A DNA stretch of 64,000 nucleotides from Gnetum montanum (Eukaryota; Plantae; Gnetophyta). This document shows, piece by piece, positions 13,801 to 27,110 of this stretch; the stretch's first letter is position 1, and every line of letters starts with the position of its first letter. The stretch spans positions 1,703,634-1,767,633 of the forward strand of contig MNCI01000556.1 of NCBI GenBank assembly GCA_015680685.1, given 5' to 3'. The position numbers and the translations under genes were made by a program. The notes beneath the pieces are model-generated. The model searched no databases, had not been told where the DNA came from, and worked only from the letters and a program-made list of their open reading frames with translations.

Positions 13801-15000
13801 ATAAGGTAGGGAAATGGAAGTGTTGGCTTTCCTATCTTCTTTTGTTCAAAATACCTTTGTATTTCCATAAAGTAGAGTTGTGCAAGGTTGACATTATATT
13901 TTCCTATCAGGATTGCACTTCCTCTAGCCACATAAGTAGATAATCTATTGAGTTCTTTGGTCAAGAATAAGTGATAGTTGCCAATTTTGAAGTAGATTCT
14001 TTCTTCCAAAGTTAGCTCATTATAACCCTTAGCTTCTTTGCCATATGTCCATTTTAGCCATAATTTTCTAGTTTTAGGATCTAATTAGGTGGATATATGT
14101 GTTAACTTTGCAACTTCATTAGGTATATTAAGAGCTTCTGTAATATCTTTGACCAAGAATAAAACTAAGACTCCTCCAATGTTAACTATGGTACCATCTT
14201 CCTTGTTATGCCAAAACTGCTAGGTTTCTGCAAGGTACCATTTTCACTGTTAGAAAGGGTAGGCCATAGTTGTGATGCCTTGAATTGTGTCTTGACTGCT
14301 TTACGGATGAACTCCAAAAATGAGCCAAAGTTTATCTTTAGAATAACTATGGTTAGGATGGACCTTTCTTAGATGACTTGGAGGCTGTCTTGTGACAATC
14401 TGAGACATTTTCCTTTCACTGGTGGCTCTTCTAAATCATGTTGAATTGGTTATCTAATTTTAGGAGTTTCTTAATGAATGCTAAATGACTAGGCTTCATG
14501 CTCCTCGTGTTCTAGTTCTTGTACTCTAATTCAACCTCTACCTTGACCTCTTGGTCACTTACTTGCATCTTGTAAGGATCATCCTTGTGCTCATCTCTAT
14601 GGGACCATCTACAATCATTAAGGATTAAAAATTACTAACATTTCACATTTATTCTTAATGTTTCCAAACCTTACTCATAACCTTAGTTACGTTATGTTAG
14701 TTTATGATTGTAGAGTTAGATAAAATTTTAAAATGTTATCCATAAGTGTTATTTTCTATGTGACTCCTCATGGTTATCTATTTTGCTCTTATTTGTTACT
14801 CATTATGATTGGTTATGATTCCTTAAGAGTATTATTTGAGTGTTCTAGCTTCATCATGATTAGTTTTTATTAATAATTTCCAAGCTTCACTTCATACTTA
14901 CCCTTTAAAAACATTTCTAGCATTAGAATTTTTTAAAAAATTGCTTCAGAATTTCCTCACTGGCACCTGCAAATACTTATTTTCAACTTATGTTACTATA
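10820..15000 (-). mobile_element. Athila-like relic B: 3' LTR 10820-11734, PPT, accessory ORF
   Basis: LTR resembles 15144-15996 and 49235-50093, ends in ttatca and is followed by the PPT-side taccctcatg. TATA rc tatttatag at 11600-11608. Confidence 0.75.
11940..14608 (-). pseudogene. Decayed Athila accessory/env-like ORF, copy 2
   Basis: EERIYFKIGNYHLFLTKELNRLSTYVARGS...NLAQLYFMEI...KPTLPFPYLIKKLCK. ATG at 14606-14608. Confidence 0.7.
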
Positions 15001-15084
15001 AAAAAATTACTTCTAAAATTAAAGTATAAATTAAATACTAAATAAAATTATGAAAATCATAAATAAAAGTAAGGTTGAGATACT

Positions 15085-15143
15085 TCATTATCTTGATCAA
15101 CCTTAGGAATTAATGGAAGCAGTTGTAATTATTCCATAAGTGG
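15085..15143 (-). pseudogene. CCR4: C-terminal tip of CCR4-like pseudogene copy 1, separated by element C
   Basis: Reading across the AGTGG TSD gives ...PFNHIPL-ME*LQLLP, matching the SDHI.L.AE end of CCR4. Confidence 0.6.
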
Positions 15144-16194
15144 TGATGAGCGATGAGGTACACCTACATCCAAACATATGAATCACAAGCATTCACACAT
15201 GTTCTAGTCAAATTCTGTGGATGAAACTAGTTGTGCACCTAAATCATTATGCTTTAATCATAGTTCATTGTCTTTCCACTTAGAGTAGTAATAACATTAT
15301 CATATATGATTTAGTCCAAAGTGAGGCATATTATGTTGTCTAATCCTATGTTGCTCCTAATGACAATAAAGAGATAAATCAATTAATCTACTGAATGATG
15401 GAAAGTAAAATCTAACTAGCCTATGTGCAATGAATATCTATTCCTAATCATTTGCACATTCCTTGGATTTTGTATAACCACCACTAGAATTACCAAGCAT
15501 ATGTCACTAGGTTTTCTAAATAATACATTGCTAGATTACCCAGTAATTATACTTAAGCGTTAGTGATTAGTTGTACTCATTCTACTTAATGATAAGAATC
15601 ATAAAGAGTAATAAATAAAAATATTAAGGAAAATAATAAATAATTAAAGAATTAAATTTAAAAGAACTAATAATCTATGTGGATGCTGCAATGATGGAAG
15701 TAATCCTAATCTTTATTTCTGATCATGTAACGTGTCCAAGTACATCACACTCGAATAAGAATGTTGTACAATCACAAACATCACACTATAGGCATGCACT
15801 AGAAATAACAGAACTAGAAATCAACAATCTATGAAAAAGCTAACTAAAATCTAAAACTAAACTATCCCCTAACCATGCACCCAAGTGTTGTATTTATAGG
15901 CTAGCACAAAGGAGATGATATCAGATATCTGACATCATTTCTCAGGACTCGATATCATGTATCTAATATTAGGGTTAACATAATCATGACTCATCATACC
16001 CCCATGACTAAATGAAAACTCATCCATGAGTTAAACAAAATGATGAACAAGTAGTTTACAAAATGTTGGAAAAGCATGGAGTTATCAACTAACTCAAATA
16101 ATTAAACAAACAAATGAACTCTTACATGCTATAGTGGTTTTTTACAAAAATAACTTGATACAATATTACAAGACACAAAATTAGGAAAGCTCAT

Positions 16195-18902
16195 GTAATT
16201 CCTAGAGGTGGTGGATCCTCCATTGGTCACTTTCCTTTGTTGTGATGCTTCTAAAATTTGTAATGGTTGAGTAGCACCTACAATTGTTCCTCTTCTATCC
16301 TTAAATTGTGTACTATCTAGGTTGCTAAACTGATGTGTGTTGGCACTGGTACATCCCAAGGTTATGTAGTTGCAAAAACATGTTGTTGGCCTTCATGTAC
16401 TAGGTCATAAACTATCGTTACATCTCTTCAAATTTCCTAGCCTTTTCTTTGAACTCATGATAATATGTGAGTCTCCTGGCTAGGTCCAAACTAACATCCT
16501 TCTATCCATGGTAGTAGGCTTTAACCACCTAAAGTTTTGAGTTTGCAATGTGAAGTTTCTACAAAGTTGCTTTTCTATCTACAAACACTTTCTTATATAA
16601 TGCATAAGTAGTCACTACCTATTTCTCTAGCTCACTTCTAGGTCATCTTGCTATTAACATGGTAAGGTTGGCATATCTAAGGTTAGCCAATGCCATGTAC
16701 TCTTTCAAATCCTTGATTTGCAAGTCTTTGTTCTTCACTTTTGCCTGATGGACTAGTGCATAACTATCCATCATTGACTACCAATTAGGATTCTATGCTA
16801 ACATGGACCCAATATGGGCTTTAGCCATCTGTATTTATTTTTCATTCATTTGCTTGTACTTGCCTACCTAGTTCTAGAAGTGTTCTTTTAGCTTTTCATA
16901 TTTCTTGACATCATTCTACCATGTGCTTATTTCAATTGCAAATGTTTGTTGAATGATGTAGAATTTCTCCATTGAGAGGGTTCTATTTTATTTGGTTAAT
17001 TTCTTGATATCCTAGTTGGCCCTAATCAGTTGTTCTCTTAATTGATGGACACTTTCTTCTAGAACATTCATTTTTTTCAATGGTGGTCAACTATGAGTTC
17101 TCTATATCAAGCTATTTATTCTCTTTCTACGTGATAGTCAATGCCTTCTTATGAGCATAAGATTGTGGATCAATAGCAGAGACATTTCAAATCACCTTCT
17201 TATTTTCTTTCTCAGTATCTTTATTTTTCTTGATCAATTTATTTAGCTAATCTATTTTGAATGAATATAGCTAGTTAAGCGCAATAAATTGGGCAAGATC
17301 TCATCTCTCAACTCTTAGAATGGTTAGTTCTTATTATAAATGATGCACTTTTGTTTTTGCATGTTTTTCCCTAATCTCAAGCATGACCAGCTTTTTCTGA
17401 ATGTGCTATAGTGATATCACTAGGGATGTCAAACAAGGTGGTCATCACTTACCTTGTCTATAGCAATCAATCTAGCACATCCTCATGTGCTGCAAGAGTT
17501 ATGAAATTCTTGGAAAGAATTTATGCATCTCTCATATCTAGAAAATTAACTAAAGGCACAATAGGCATATTGAAAAACTCTTCAATATGATCAATTATCA
17601 CCTCCATTGCACTTGCCACATCTTCATGATGCATGACCACTACCATGGCACCTTCATCTATTTCAAGAATCACTTGAAAGGATGCGATGCCACCAAAGAT
17701 TTGACATGACAAATGGGATTCTCCTCTTGATTATAGTAAGATTTTTCCCCTTATTGGATTTATTGAAATAGTGGGCTACACAGTCTCATCTATAACTTTA
17801 AATAAGCTTTATTCCTCTCCACTTTCCCAACTTAGTGTTTAGCAATTTTTTGTAAGTGGCTAATTGCCAACCTATAGTCTTGTATCGATGATGGTGGAAC
17901 TTGTGTTTTGTGGCATCATTTAGGATTTTTCTATTTTCTTTTATAGTTCTGCTTCCTTCTCTAGTTTTAGTTCTTCACCAAGGTCTTTCCTTAGTGCTAC
18001 TAGTTTATGTAATTTAGCAAAGGAGCCATTTTAAGCCTTCCTAGGGATGTCATTTGTGTACCTAAAGATTCTAGCATGCTTGCACAATTTTTAGCTTAGT
18101 TAGGGGAATGAAAGTATTGGCTACCCTACCTTCTTCTCTTCAAATTTCCTTTGAATTTTTGTGCAATATAATTGAGGAAGGTTGGTCATGTATTTACCAT
18201 TTAGTATGCAACTTCCCCTAGCCACATATGTGAAGATCCTATTGAGCCAATTGGTGGAGAAGTCATGATATGTCCCTATCTTGAAATAGATCCTCCCTAC
18301 TAGAATCAATTCATTATGTTTTTTTTCATCCTTGCCTTATGCCCACCTTATCCATAGCTTATGAGTGTTAGGGTCAAACTTTATGGAAAAATGGGGAAAC
18401 TTAGCCCCCTCATTTGGTAGATTGAGAGCTTCTGCAATTGCTTTGACTGAGAGTGAAACATTGCCTCCATAAATGTTGATAGTAGTACCTTCATCTTTGT
18501 TATGCTAGAATTGGTAGGTTTCACCAAGGTACCATTTGCTACTATAAAAAAGGATGGGCCATAGACATGATGCTTGAAGTTGTGTTTAAACTACCCCTGG
18601 AGAAAATTCCATAAATGGGCTGAAGTTCATCTTCATGATGATCATGGTCAACATGGATTTTTCTTCAATGGTCTCAAGGCATTCTGGGAACAATATGAGG
18701 TGTTGTTTTTCCATGGGGGTTGGTTTTACCATAGCCCCTTCTTGGATCAATTGTCCTATGATAAGAGCCTCTTGATGGATACTAAATGATTGGGCTTCTT
18801 ATTCTTTGTGCTTTTCATGCTTGCCTTGCTGGCTGTACCACCCCTTGGGCATTTTGTTACTCCCTATGAAGGTCCTTCTTGAGCTTGTCTTTTTAGGATC
18901 AT
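16195..18902 (-). pseudogene. Decayed Athila accessory/env-like ORF, copy 3
   Basis: GRIYFKIGTYHDFSTNWLNRIFTYVARGSCILNGKYMTNLPQLY. ATG at 18900-18902. Confidence 0.7.
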
Positions 18903-19497
18903 CTATAATTAATTGAGATTCGATGTTACTAACATGTTTTTAGTTATCATTACTAAGTTTATACCTTACTCATGACCTTAGTTTCATTAAATTTTTTTGT
19001 TCATGTGATTACAAAGTTAGAAAAAGTTTTGGAATGTTTCCCAAAAGATAAATTTTGTGTTTATGACCCTTTGCTATTAGTTCCTTTTTGCTTATGTATG
19101 ACATATTATGAAGATTATGGTTTCTTGGGTACAAAAATTAAGGTTTCTAGTGTTAATACAATTGATTTATCATTATAACTTTTGAGGTTTTTAACCTTGT
19201 TAACCTTGAAATACCTTCCATGTGATAGCAAACTATGAAAAACTAGTATGAGTTTTCCATACATGCAACAACCCAACAGCCTACCCCCCACCCCCACCCC
19301 CCACCCCTCCCCACCATGACTAAGTTAAACACTTTGGGTTCAAATAGGTTCAAATTTTATAAGAATCAGAGCAATATTGAGCGAGATGTTGCAAGTGGAA
19401 GTTGGTTATATGTAGAGATCTAAGTTGCAAAATAAAATTTGAAAAACTTTCCTAGATTTAAATGAAGAGAATGGAATTTTGGATACAATAGGGGTTG

Positions 19498-19590
19498 TAT
19501 TTATAGGTTTTTTTGACTTGATATCGAGTACTTTATATCAGGTATTTGATGTCAAGGCTGACATGATATCAAGTACTCAATATCAAGGTC
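19498..19590 (-). promoter_or_regulatory. Putative internal promoter of the accessory ORF (TATA + GATATC-type repeat array)
   Basis: rc CTATAAATA at 19498-19506 with several (g/a)atatc repeats upstream; same layout as in the element's LTR (15891-15975). Confidence 0.55.
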
Positions 19591-21564
19591 CATGAAAGGG
19601 CATTAATTGAGGGTATTGAGCATGGAAAATGAAGTTCTAGGATTGGTTGAAAGGTTTTAGGATAGGTCCATAGTTCTGGAGTAAGTAGGAATTCATTTTT
19701 AGGCACTAGAAGTGTCAGAAGATGGAGTCATTGATGTTTAAAGATTTGAAAGATCGAAGAAAAAGGGTTTTAAATCAATGTTATGGAATGGATCAATTAT
19801 ATGATAAGAGAAATTGAAAAATTTAATAATTAAGTGCTTTGAAGGTGAAGAATGATGTTGTTATATAAAAAAGTACAAGTCACAAAATTTACACAAGTGG
19901 GTTCTCCCCAAAGTAGGCTCCATCCTATGATGCCCTTATATAACAACACCTAAAAATGTTCATAGGTACAAAAGAGGTTGAATGCAATCCATACCTATGC
20001 AATAAAACACACATGTGAAAGCCACTAGTTTGAGATAATAACTCTATGCTACACAAAAGCACAAGTTAGAATCATACAAATAGCGAGATGAGAGGGACTA
20101 TAGAAAGGACTGTAGAAATTGGGACATGAGGTATCTTACCCAAGGAATAATGAATCATTGTGTGTTATTAATGGTTAAATAACCATGAGCACTTCTTTTC
20201 AAGATTCAAACCAAGTCCAAACTACATTTTAATGACATCAAAACATTTCATCACTTCAGCTAACAACTATAAGACTATCATAGTTGCAAGGAGTAATATC
20301 ACTTAGCATTTTGTACAAGGGAGGAGGTTATTTATGGTACCTTTTTTTTGAAATTTTTGAGAAGCCACAAACCTTCAAGCATGGTTAATGTCTTTCTAGT
20401 GGAATCGTCAGAAATTTATTCAGTGCCTTGTTATGTGACTCTTACTTAAAATTTTTCATTGGATCTACAAGGATATAATTACAACTAAAGTAACATGATA
20501 GAACATACAAAAGAGGCCAAAGAGGATCTACAAATCTCCTTTATGTGACATACTTTACATTCCCCCTAGGTTTTGCACTCTTTTTCCTTGACACAATGAT
20601 TATGGATTTCTTTTTAGGTTCGATGATGAAAAAGAATATCATTATGACTAGAGTCAGAGCCTCTTATTAAAGGAATGAGTGGATGGATGATGTGGTATCA
20701 CTGTTTGAATAATTAGTCCCTTATTACTTGACAACATAGAGAAAACGTCACCTCAATGGACTACATGATCATTTTATTCATAGGTGAGATTACATAATAA
20801 AGAAAATGAAAGCAACAAAATAGAAACAGTTGGAAGGAATTGAAAAAATTGTACAAAGAAATAAGAAATTGATAAAAAATTGTAAAAAAAATATGGAAAG
20901 CACTTATGAATCCTAAAGATTAGAATGGTGGATGTCCTTAATGACTAAACATTTGGCCATGACAAGGATTACTAAGCAGATAGATAGGATCCATGCATGT
21001 ATAAAACATTGGTAACCATTAATTCCCAACCCATTGGGTATCTTTTATTGTTGTGGTGGCCAAGTAGAAAAGTCATTGATCACACACTTAATTGTTAAAT
21101 ATATGGTGGATTAGGGTATGAGGTGTGGTAATGTTATAACTGTCTAGCCCATGATTGCACCCTTGATCATGATATGGTATGCATGGATTTGTTGGTCTCC
21201 CCATGCTTATAGATTCATTACTTAGCTTTGAAATTGGAGTAACAATGGATGGTGGCCCTTATGTAGGATCAGAGGATAGTGGTGGTCAAAAGGGTGGCAT
21301 TGTGCTATATTGGCATTATGCTAGTTTAGATGATGTGGTCAGTCCATTAGTGAAAATAAAGAACATTTCTGAGTTTATGGTGGGAACCTACTAATATTGA
21401 TATTTCGATGCACATTCACAACACAAGTGGGATTTCTTTATGAATAGTATGATGTTAAGCCTTCTTGTGTCACAAGTGGCAACATTTGATGATGTGGAGT
21501 ATGAGAATATCAAGGGTAGGATGGATGGTAAGAGACATAAGGTGTTGCTTCCTTAGGGAATGTC

Positions 21565-24011
21565 TGTGAGGATAATGCCAACATTGAATATATGGCATAT
21601 GATAGACAAAGAGGATGATAATATTAGCATGTACCCATTCTAAGGTATGCATAAGAGAAATTTCATAAATAATATGATATGTATAAAAGGTGATGAGGAA
21701 GAATCCCTAAAATCAAGGGATTAGTTAAAAGCTAATTTGGGAATATTACTACATCACTTCATGTATAAATATGAACTAATGTATATGAAACATGGTGCCA
21801 CACCGCTTACCCCAATTTGTTTGGGGGTGTGGACCAACTCCTCATTTTTATCCATTCTTTATTTTCTATCATGGAATCTGATGTTAAATTATTTTGATTC
21901 TTTCTCATTTCTTAAATTTCTTTATCTCAATGCTCCCAATTATTTCATTTGGTATCATGCTCAAATTTCATTTTATCTTTATTGCTAGAGTGAAAGATCC
22001 TGGTTTATTTGTTATTCTCTATGCTAGAGAATAGGTGATATTCCTAGCAGATGTCATCAATAAAAATATGTTCGATGAAGACTCTTTTAATCTTTAAGGG
22101 AAAAGGGGAGGCATAGGAAAAGGGCAAGGCAATGCTGGTGGAATCCCTAGTTACTCTGAAATGGATTTTAATCCAAAATAACAACCCTTGGCCAAGAATT
22201 TGGATTACTGGACATTGATCTTGTATTAGTTGCTTTTTCGTTTAATACTCTGAAGATTTTAGGAAATTTCAGTCAACAAATGACAAGCTTAAATTGGTGC
22301 AGTGGTATGATCACTGCATTCAAATTTGGCGTAAATAGCACTCCTCAAGATAATGCCATTGCAATGTATGAATTCAGTGACTGCTGATGATGCAAGAATG
22401 ATTTAGGGCATAGATCTGCTGAAGTAGAGCATGGTATATTGGATTAGGAAGAATAACAATAGATGATTTTTTTACGAATAATAACAATAACAGACAATTG
22501 CAACAAACCACTCTCCTGTGATAATGTTGTAATAACAACAGCCATATCTTCTCTTGTCAACTGCAAGGGACCATGCATTGGTGCAGAAATTCCATTGAAC
22601 CAACAATCATCAATGTTGCTACCTCCTATGCAAACCTCACCTAGGCCATCAAGTAGTAGGAGTAGAGAAGCAATTATTCCTAATTCTAATTAGCATGCAA
22701 ACTCAAACTACAGGTGACTTTTGCTGCTGTAAAATAGGTTGTTTATGATCTAGCACTAGTTTTGGTGGCACTACTATGCAAGAAGCCCCAGTTTGGCCAC
22801 CTGCTAAAAAATCCAAATGTAACCATAAACGGTCATGCTAAACAACTGAAATCCAATGAAGTAAGAGAGGAAACTATATTAGGAGAGGAAGTATTTTTAC
22901 CATTTGATTTATTTAATGTTTTTTCTAAAAACTTCCAATTGAATAGGTAATAAATCCAAGGATTTATAGTCTCACCCATGTTTATCATCCCATCTACCTA
23001 AATGGGTAATGAACCATAGGATTGACCATCCTATATTTGTATTTAGGTGAACTGGAATTAAAGAAGGCACCTAACCCTTGATTATAAGTTGTAGGTTTTA
23101 ACCCATCAAAATTATGAGGCATGTTGTATTTTTGATAATAAAAGGCCTCAAAAACTACAAAATCAAGTTGAAGATATGACCCCAAGACTAAAACAAGTGT
23201 GACCTAACATATGGTAAGGCACACTATACTTGAATGCAGCTTCAATTTAGATGGCAAGTTTAATTCTTGAGAATGTGCACTATTGAGAAGATTGACCTTA
23301 AAGATTATGCAAATAAGCTCATGCACAACAAGGTCTTGCTCCTCTCATTAGCAAACATAGATGAAGAGTAATTAGAAGACAAATCAAGTCTTCAACACCA
23401 TGCTAAAAGATCAAAGGGAAAGCTAGCATGGTGATTCCATCAATAAAAAAGGAGATCTCCACCAATACTTCATTTAGAAGATAACATAGAAGCTAAGTAG
23501 CTTCAAGACCAAGTTGGTAAATCTAGTTGCATAATCCTTATTGTAAATGCATGACATGAAATAGAATAGTGCATGTATCAAGGGAGTGTATTAAATCACA
23601 AGTATTATGTTTTCATTAAGGAGGTGATTGTGAGGATAATGCCAACATTGAATATATGGCATAGGATAGAGCAAGAGGATGATAATATTAGCATGTACCC
23701 ATTCTAAGGTACATATAAGATCAATTCCATAAATAATAGCATATGTATAAAAGGTGATGAAAAAGAATCCCTAAAATCAAGGGATTAGTTAAAAGCTAAT
23801 TTAGGAATACTGTTGCATCACTTCATATATAAATATGAACTAATGTATATGAAATGCGATGCCACACACCTTACCACAATTTGGTTGGGGGTGTGGACCA
23901 ACTCCTCATTTTTATACATTCTTTATGTTCTATCATGGAATCTAATGTTAAATTATTTTTATTCTTTCTCATTTCTCAAATTTCTTTATCTCAATGCTCT
24001 TAATTATTTCA
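21565..24011 (+). mobile_element. Nested 2.45-kb non-autonomous LTR element (TRIM/copia-derived)
   Basis: 383-bp LTRs 21565-21947 and 23629-24011 (TG..CA). PBS tggtatcatgct at 21950-21961; PPT aaggaggtgat before the 3' LTR; TSD ATGTC at 21560-21564 and 24012-24016. Confidence 0.92.
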
Positions 24012-24016
24012 ATGTC

Positions 24017-25300
24017 ATGGGTTGATGGTACTTGGGAGAGTGATAGTGGTGATTTGAAGTAGAGGACATAGAACTAGTTGGAGAAATAAGGTGTTGAACA
24101 TAATATTCATGTGGTTTCGATGGATAAGAAAGATAGGGTTGATTTGGTGGTGGCCTTCCCCACTATTGTGGTTGTTTCCACTATGCTTGATAATAGTGTT
24201 GAGGTTGGTAATAAGTCCCCCTAGGATAGTACAGTTGGTTGTGGGGCTATCTATAATTATTATGTCAAAAAGGAAATCTCCTGGGCATGTGCTTCTATAT
24301 AAACTTCAAGCTTAATGCACTTGCCTAATGCTCATGTAGATGTAACAAGACCAGACAATGATCCTTCAAATGGTCATATATTCATATGTGACATCCATTA
24401 TCTTCATCTGTGTGAGTCTATAGCCTTAATTTCTTTAGCCATTTTTCTTGTTTACCGAAACATATTTCTAGCTATTTCTTGGTTCTGTATCCTTTGGTTA
24501 TTATGATTGCCTAGTTTGTTTTGCATGATCTTCTCCTTGACCATCTCCATTATAGTTGTAACATTTTCATATATCCACTTTGACATCCTATTAAACTTTG
24601 CTTCAAGTTCATTAATAGACTCCTACATCAATAAGGTTTATTGTAGAATCACCTTATCAAGAGCTATCTCTTTCTCCTTACTATAGATATGGATCTCCTT
24701 TGTTTGAAGAGTTGGGTCCTAGTGATTTTTCTCAACATTCTTCCATTTACCTAGCTCTCCTTCTTCTTTTTCCACATGCTTGATTAGCTCTTGGATCTGA
24801 TGGGTTTGTAGCTTGTATAATTGACCTGGGGCATACATCCCAAGGGTCTCTCTTGTTTCATTATAAAGCCCATATATGATGTGGAAATGTTGCCTTTCCT
24901 CAAAGAACCATGGCCTGGGCATCTATTTACCAAAGAATAATATCTAAGGACATGTCAAAGGGTTCATGTTGATATTTTCTCCATCCTTAGATTTGTCTCC
25001 TCAGGTTGGACACCCTTGCATAGGTATAGTATTTCTCATTGAAGAGTTCCAACATTGTGGACCACCATAAAATTGAATTTGGTTTCAATAATCTATACCA
25101 CATTTTAGCTCTAACAATTAGTCTCCTACAAAAGAGCTTAAGCTTTACCCACCCACTTTCAATGTTGTATGAGACACAAGAATTATGGAAGATTTGTAAA
25201 TGATGTTGTGGATTTGAATCATAACCTCTTACAAACTTAGGGATATTATTCATATCAAGCCCAGGTGGGTGACGTTTTTTGTAATGTCTATGAGAGATCT
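24017..25300 (-). pseudogene. Retrotransposon gag of element C (continues ~20900-21559 beyond the nested element)
   Basis: IPKFVRGYDSNPQHHLQIFHNSC...KLKLFCRRL..RAKMWYRLLKPNSI.WWSTMLELFNEKY is a Retrotrans_gag signature; homologous to 47500-48110. Confidence 0.85.
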
Positions 25301-25863
25301 TAACTACCTCTATTATCTAGATTAGACTCTTAGTTGTCACTGGATTTTTCAAATAATACATTGTTGGATTACCTAGTAATTATACTTAAGTGCTCGTGAT
25401 TAGTTGTACTCATTCTACTTAATGATATAAATCATAAAGAGCAATAAATGGAAATATTAACTAAGGAAAATAATAAATAATAACATAATGAAACAACTGA
25501 AAGTAATAATAATCTAAGTAGATGCTGCAATGATGGAAGTAATTGTGATCTTTATTTCTAGTCATGTAACATGTCCAAGTATGTCACACTCAAATAAGAA
25601 TGTCATACAATCACAAACATTACACTACAAGCATGCATTGGGAATAATAGAACTGGGAATCAAAAATCTATGAAAAAGCTAACTGAAATCTAAAACTAAA
25701 TTGTTCCCCAACCATGCACCTAAGTGTTGTATTTATAGTCTAGTATGGAGGAGATGATATCAAATATCTGACATCATTTCTAAAGACTTGATATCATGTA
25801 TCCAATATTAGGGCCTCGATATTGGATATCCAATATTGGGGTTGACATAATCATGACTCATCA

Positions 25864-27110
25864 AGTGGTATATGATTGAATGGTCTTGTTTGGGATGGCA
25901 AGGCCTGATCTTACTTCTTCTTAACTTCTTGTTTAGAAATTAACTCTAGTAACTTGGTAACTTTTGAAGAATTGGACATCATACCAAATATATTTTAGTG
26001 TCTCACTAAAGAATTTTGTTGTTCCATCTTCATTAATCATGATAGAGAAATTAGTAAAAGTGGTTCTTGATGATTACTATTCATAAACAACATATGTTCC
26101 TAAATTCTAGGATCTAATTTATCTATTAAAGATTCAAAGTAAGCAGAATATGCACTGACCAATGGAATTGCATGTTGAATTAATGGAAACATCTTTTTCA
26201 AATTGGGTTCATCTTTCAAGGATTTTTTTATACATTCATATTTTAACAATTGATAAGCACTACTTCCAACTTTTACATTGAAGTCTCTACAAATGATAAT
26301 TTGCACTTTATTGGTATATCTTAGGAATAACTTATTCTTCAAACTTCTATTTATTTTCTTAATCAAGTATGCTCCTTGGAATAATCTGATGTTTGAACAT
26401 GTTGATTTGGCAATTAAATGTGTGTTAATCATACACAGACATCTTCTTGATAACTTGATTTTTAATATCAATGCCAAGGAATCATGGATTCTATCCAACC
26501 TTGACCATTCTTTCTTTCCCTAATTTGAAGTTATGGGATTTTAAAAATCATATCTTCTAAACTCCATTATAAAAGATTACACAACCTTCCATGTTGTGAT
26601 TTTGGAAATAGGCTAATCTATATAACTTGAAAGAAGAAATTATAAAATAATACTTTTTCTTATAAATACCTTTTTATCTTATCTTCCCCAAGTTCTATTG
26701 GAATTGGTATAGAAATTTACAACGTAAGACTTCTTGTAGGCATATAAAATCAGCATCCAAATCTTGTAACTTTTCTAAGATGCATGGATATTGATACTTA
26801 TGCTAGTCCAACGTCCATGGTGGACATAGTGGATGTTGTCTCTTGCTGGCTAGGGATCTTGCATGCACGTTGTATATTTCTTGGATTCTCTTCTGGGTCA
26901 TTACTCTTTATGGGTATCATACACCTTGTCAAAATGAGATATGACTTTCTATGTTGTTATGCTATATGATTTGGTTGCAAGATGAATTCATATACATCTT
27001 CTTAACTATTGTGGATCACCAACTATCTCATCAACTGATTCTCCAACTTATCTTGTTGGTAACAACTCACTACATTACCTTGACTCTTTAGCCACCTTTC
27101 TTTCTACCAT
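25864..27110 (-). pseudogene. CCR4: Intronless CCR4-type deadenylase (EEP family) pseudogene, copy 1
   Basis: Motifs in order: CPPWTLD*, ILEKLQDLDADFICLQEV, LCMINTH, IIICRDFNVKVGSSAYQLL, HAIPLVSAYS, EPL(F)TN, TLKYIWY, KLLEL, DQALPS..PFNHIPL. This parallels plant CCR4a/b. Stops and frameshifts present. Confidence 0.85.

Larger units (their letters stand above)
15144..25863 (-). mobile_element. Athila-like LTR element C bounded by both termini (gag + accessory ORF, no pol detected); 5' LTR partly deleted
   Basis: Starts tgatgag, ends ctcatca. TSD AGTGG at 15139-15143 and 25864-25868. 3' LTR 15144-15996 with PPT (taccccc) adjacent; matching partial LTR ~25335-25863. Confidence 0.9.

Noticed and set aside
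26100-26498. ORF as a LINE endonuclease
   Set aside because: Flanking motifs (CP.W, PLVSAYS, EPLFTN, ALPS..HIPL) are CCR4-specific and no linked RT follows.
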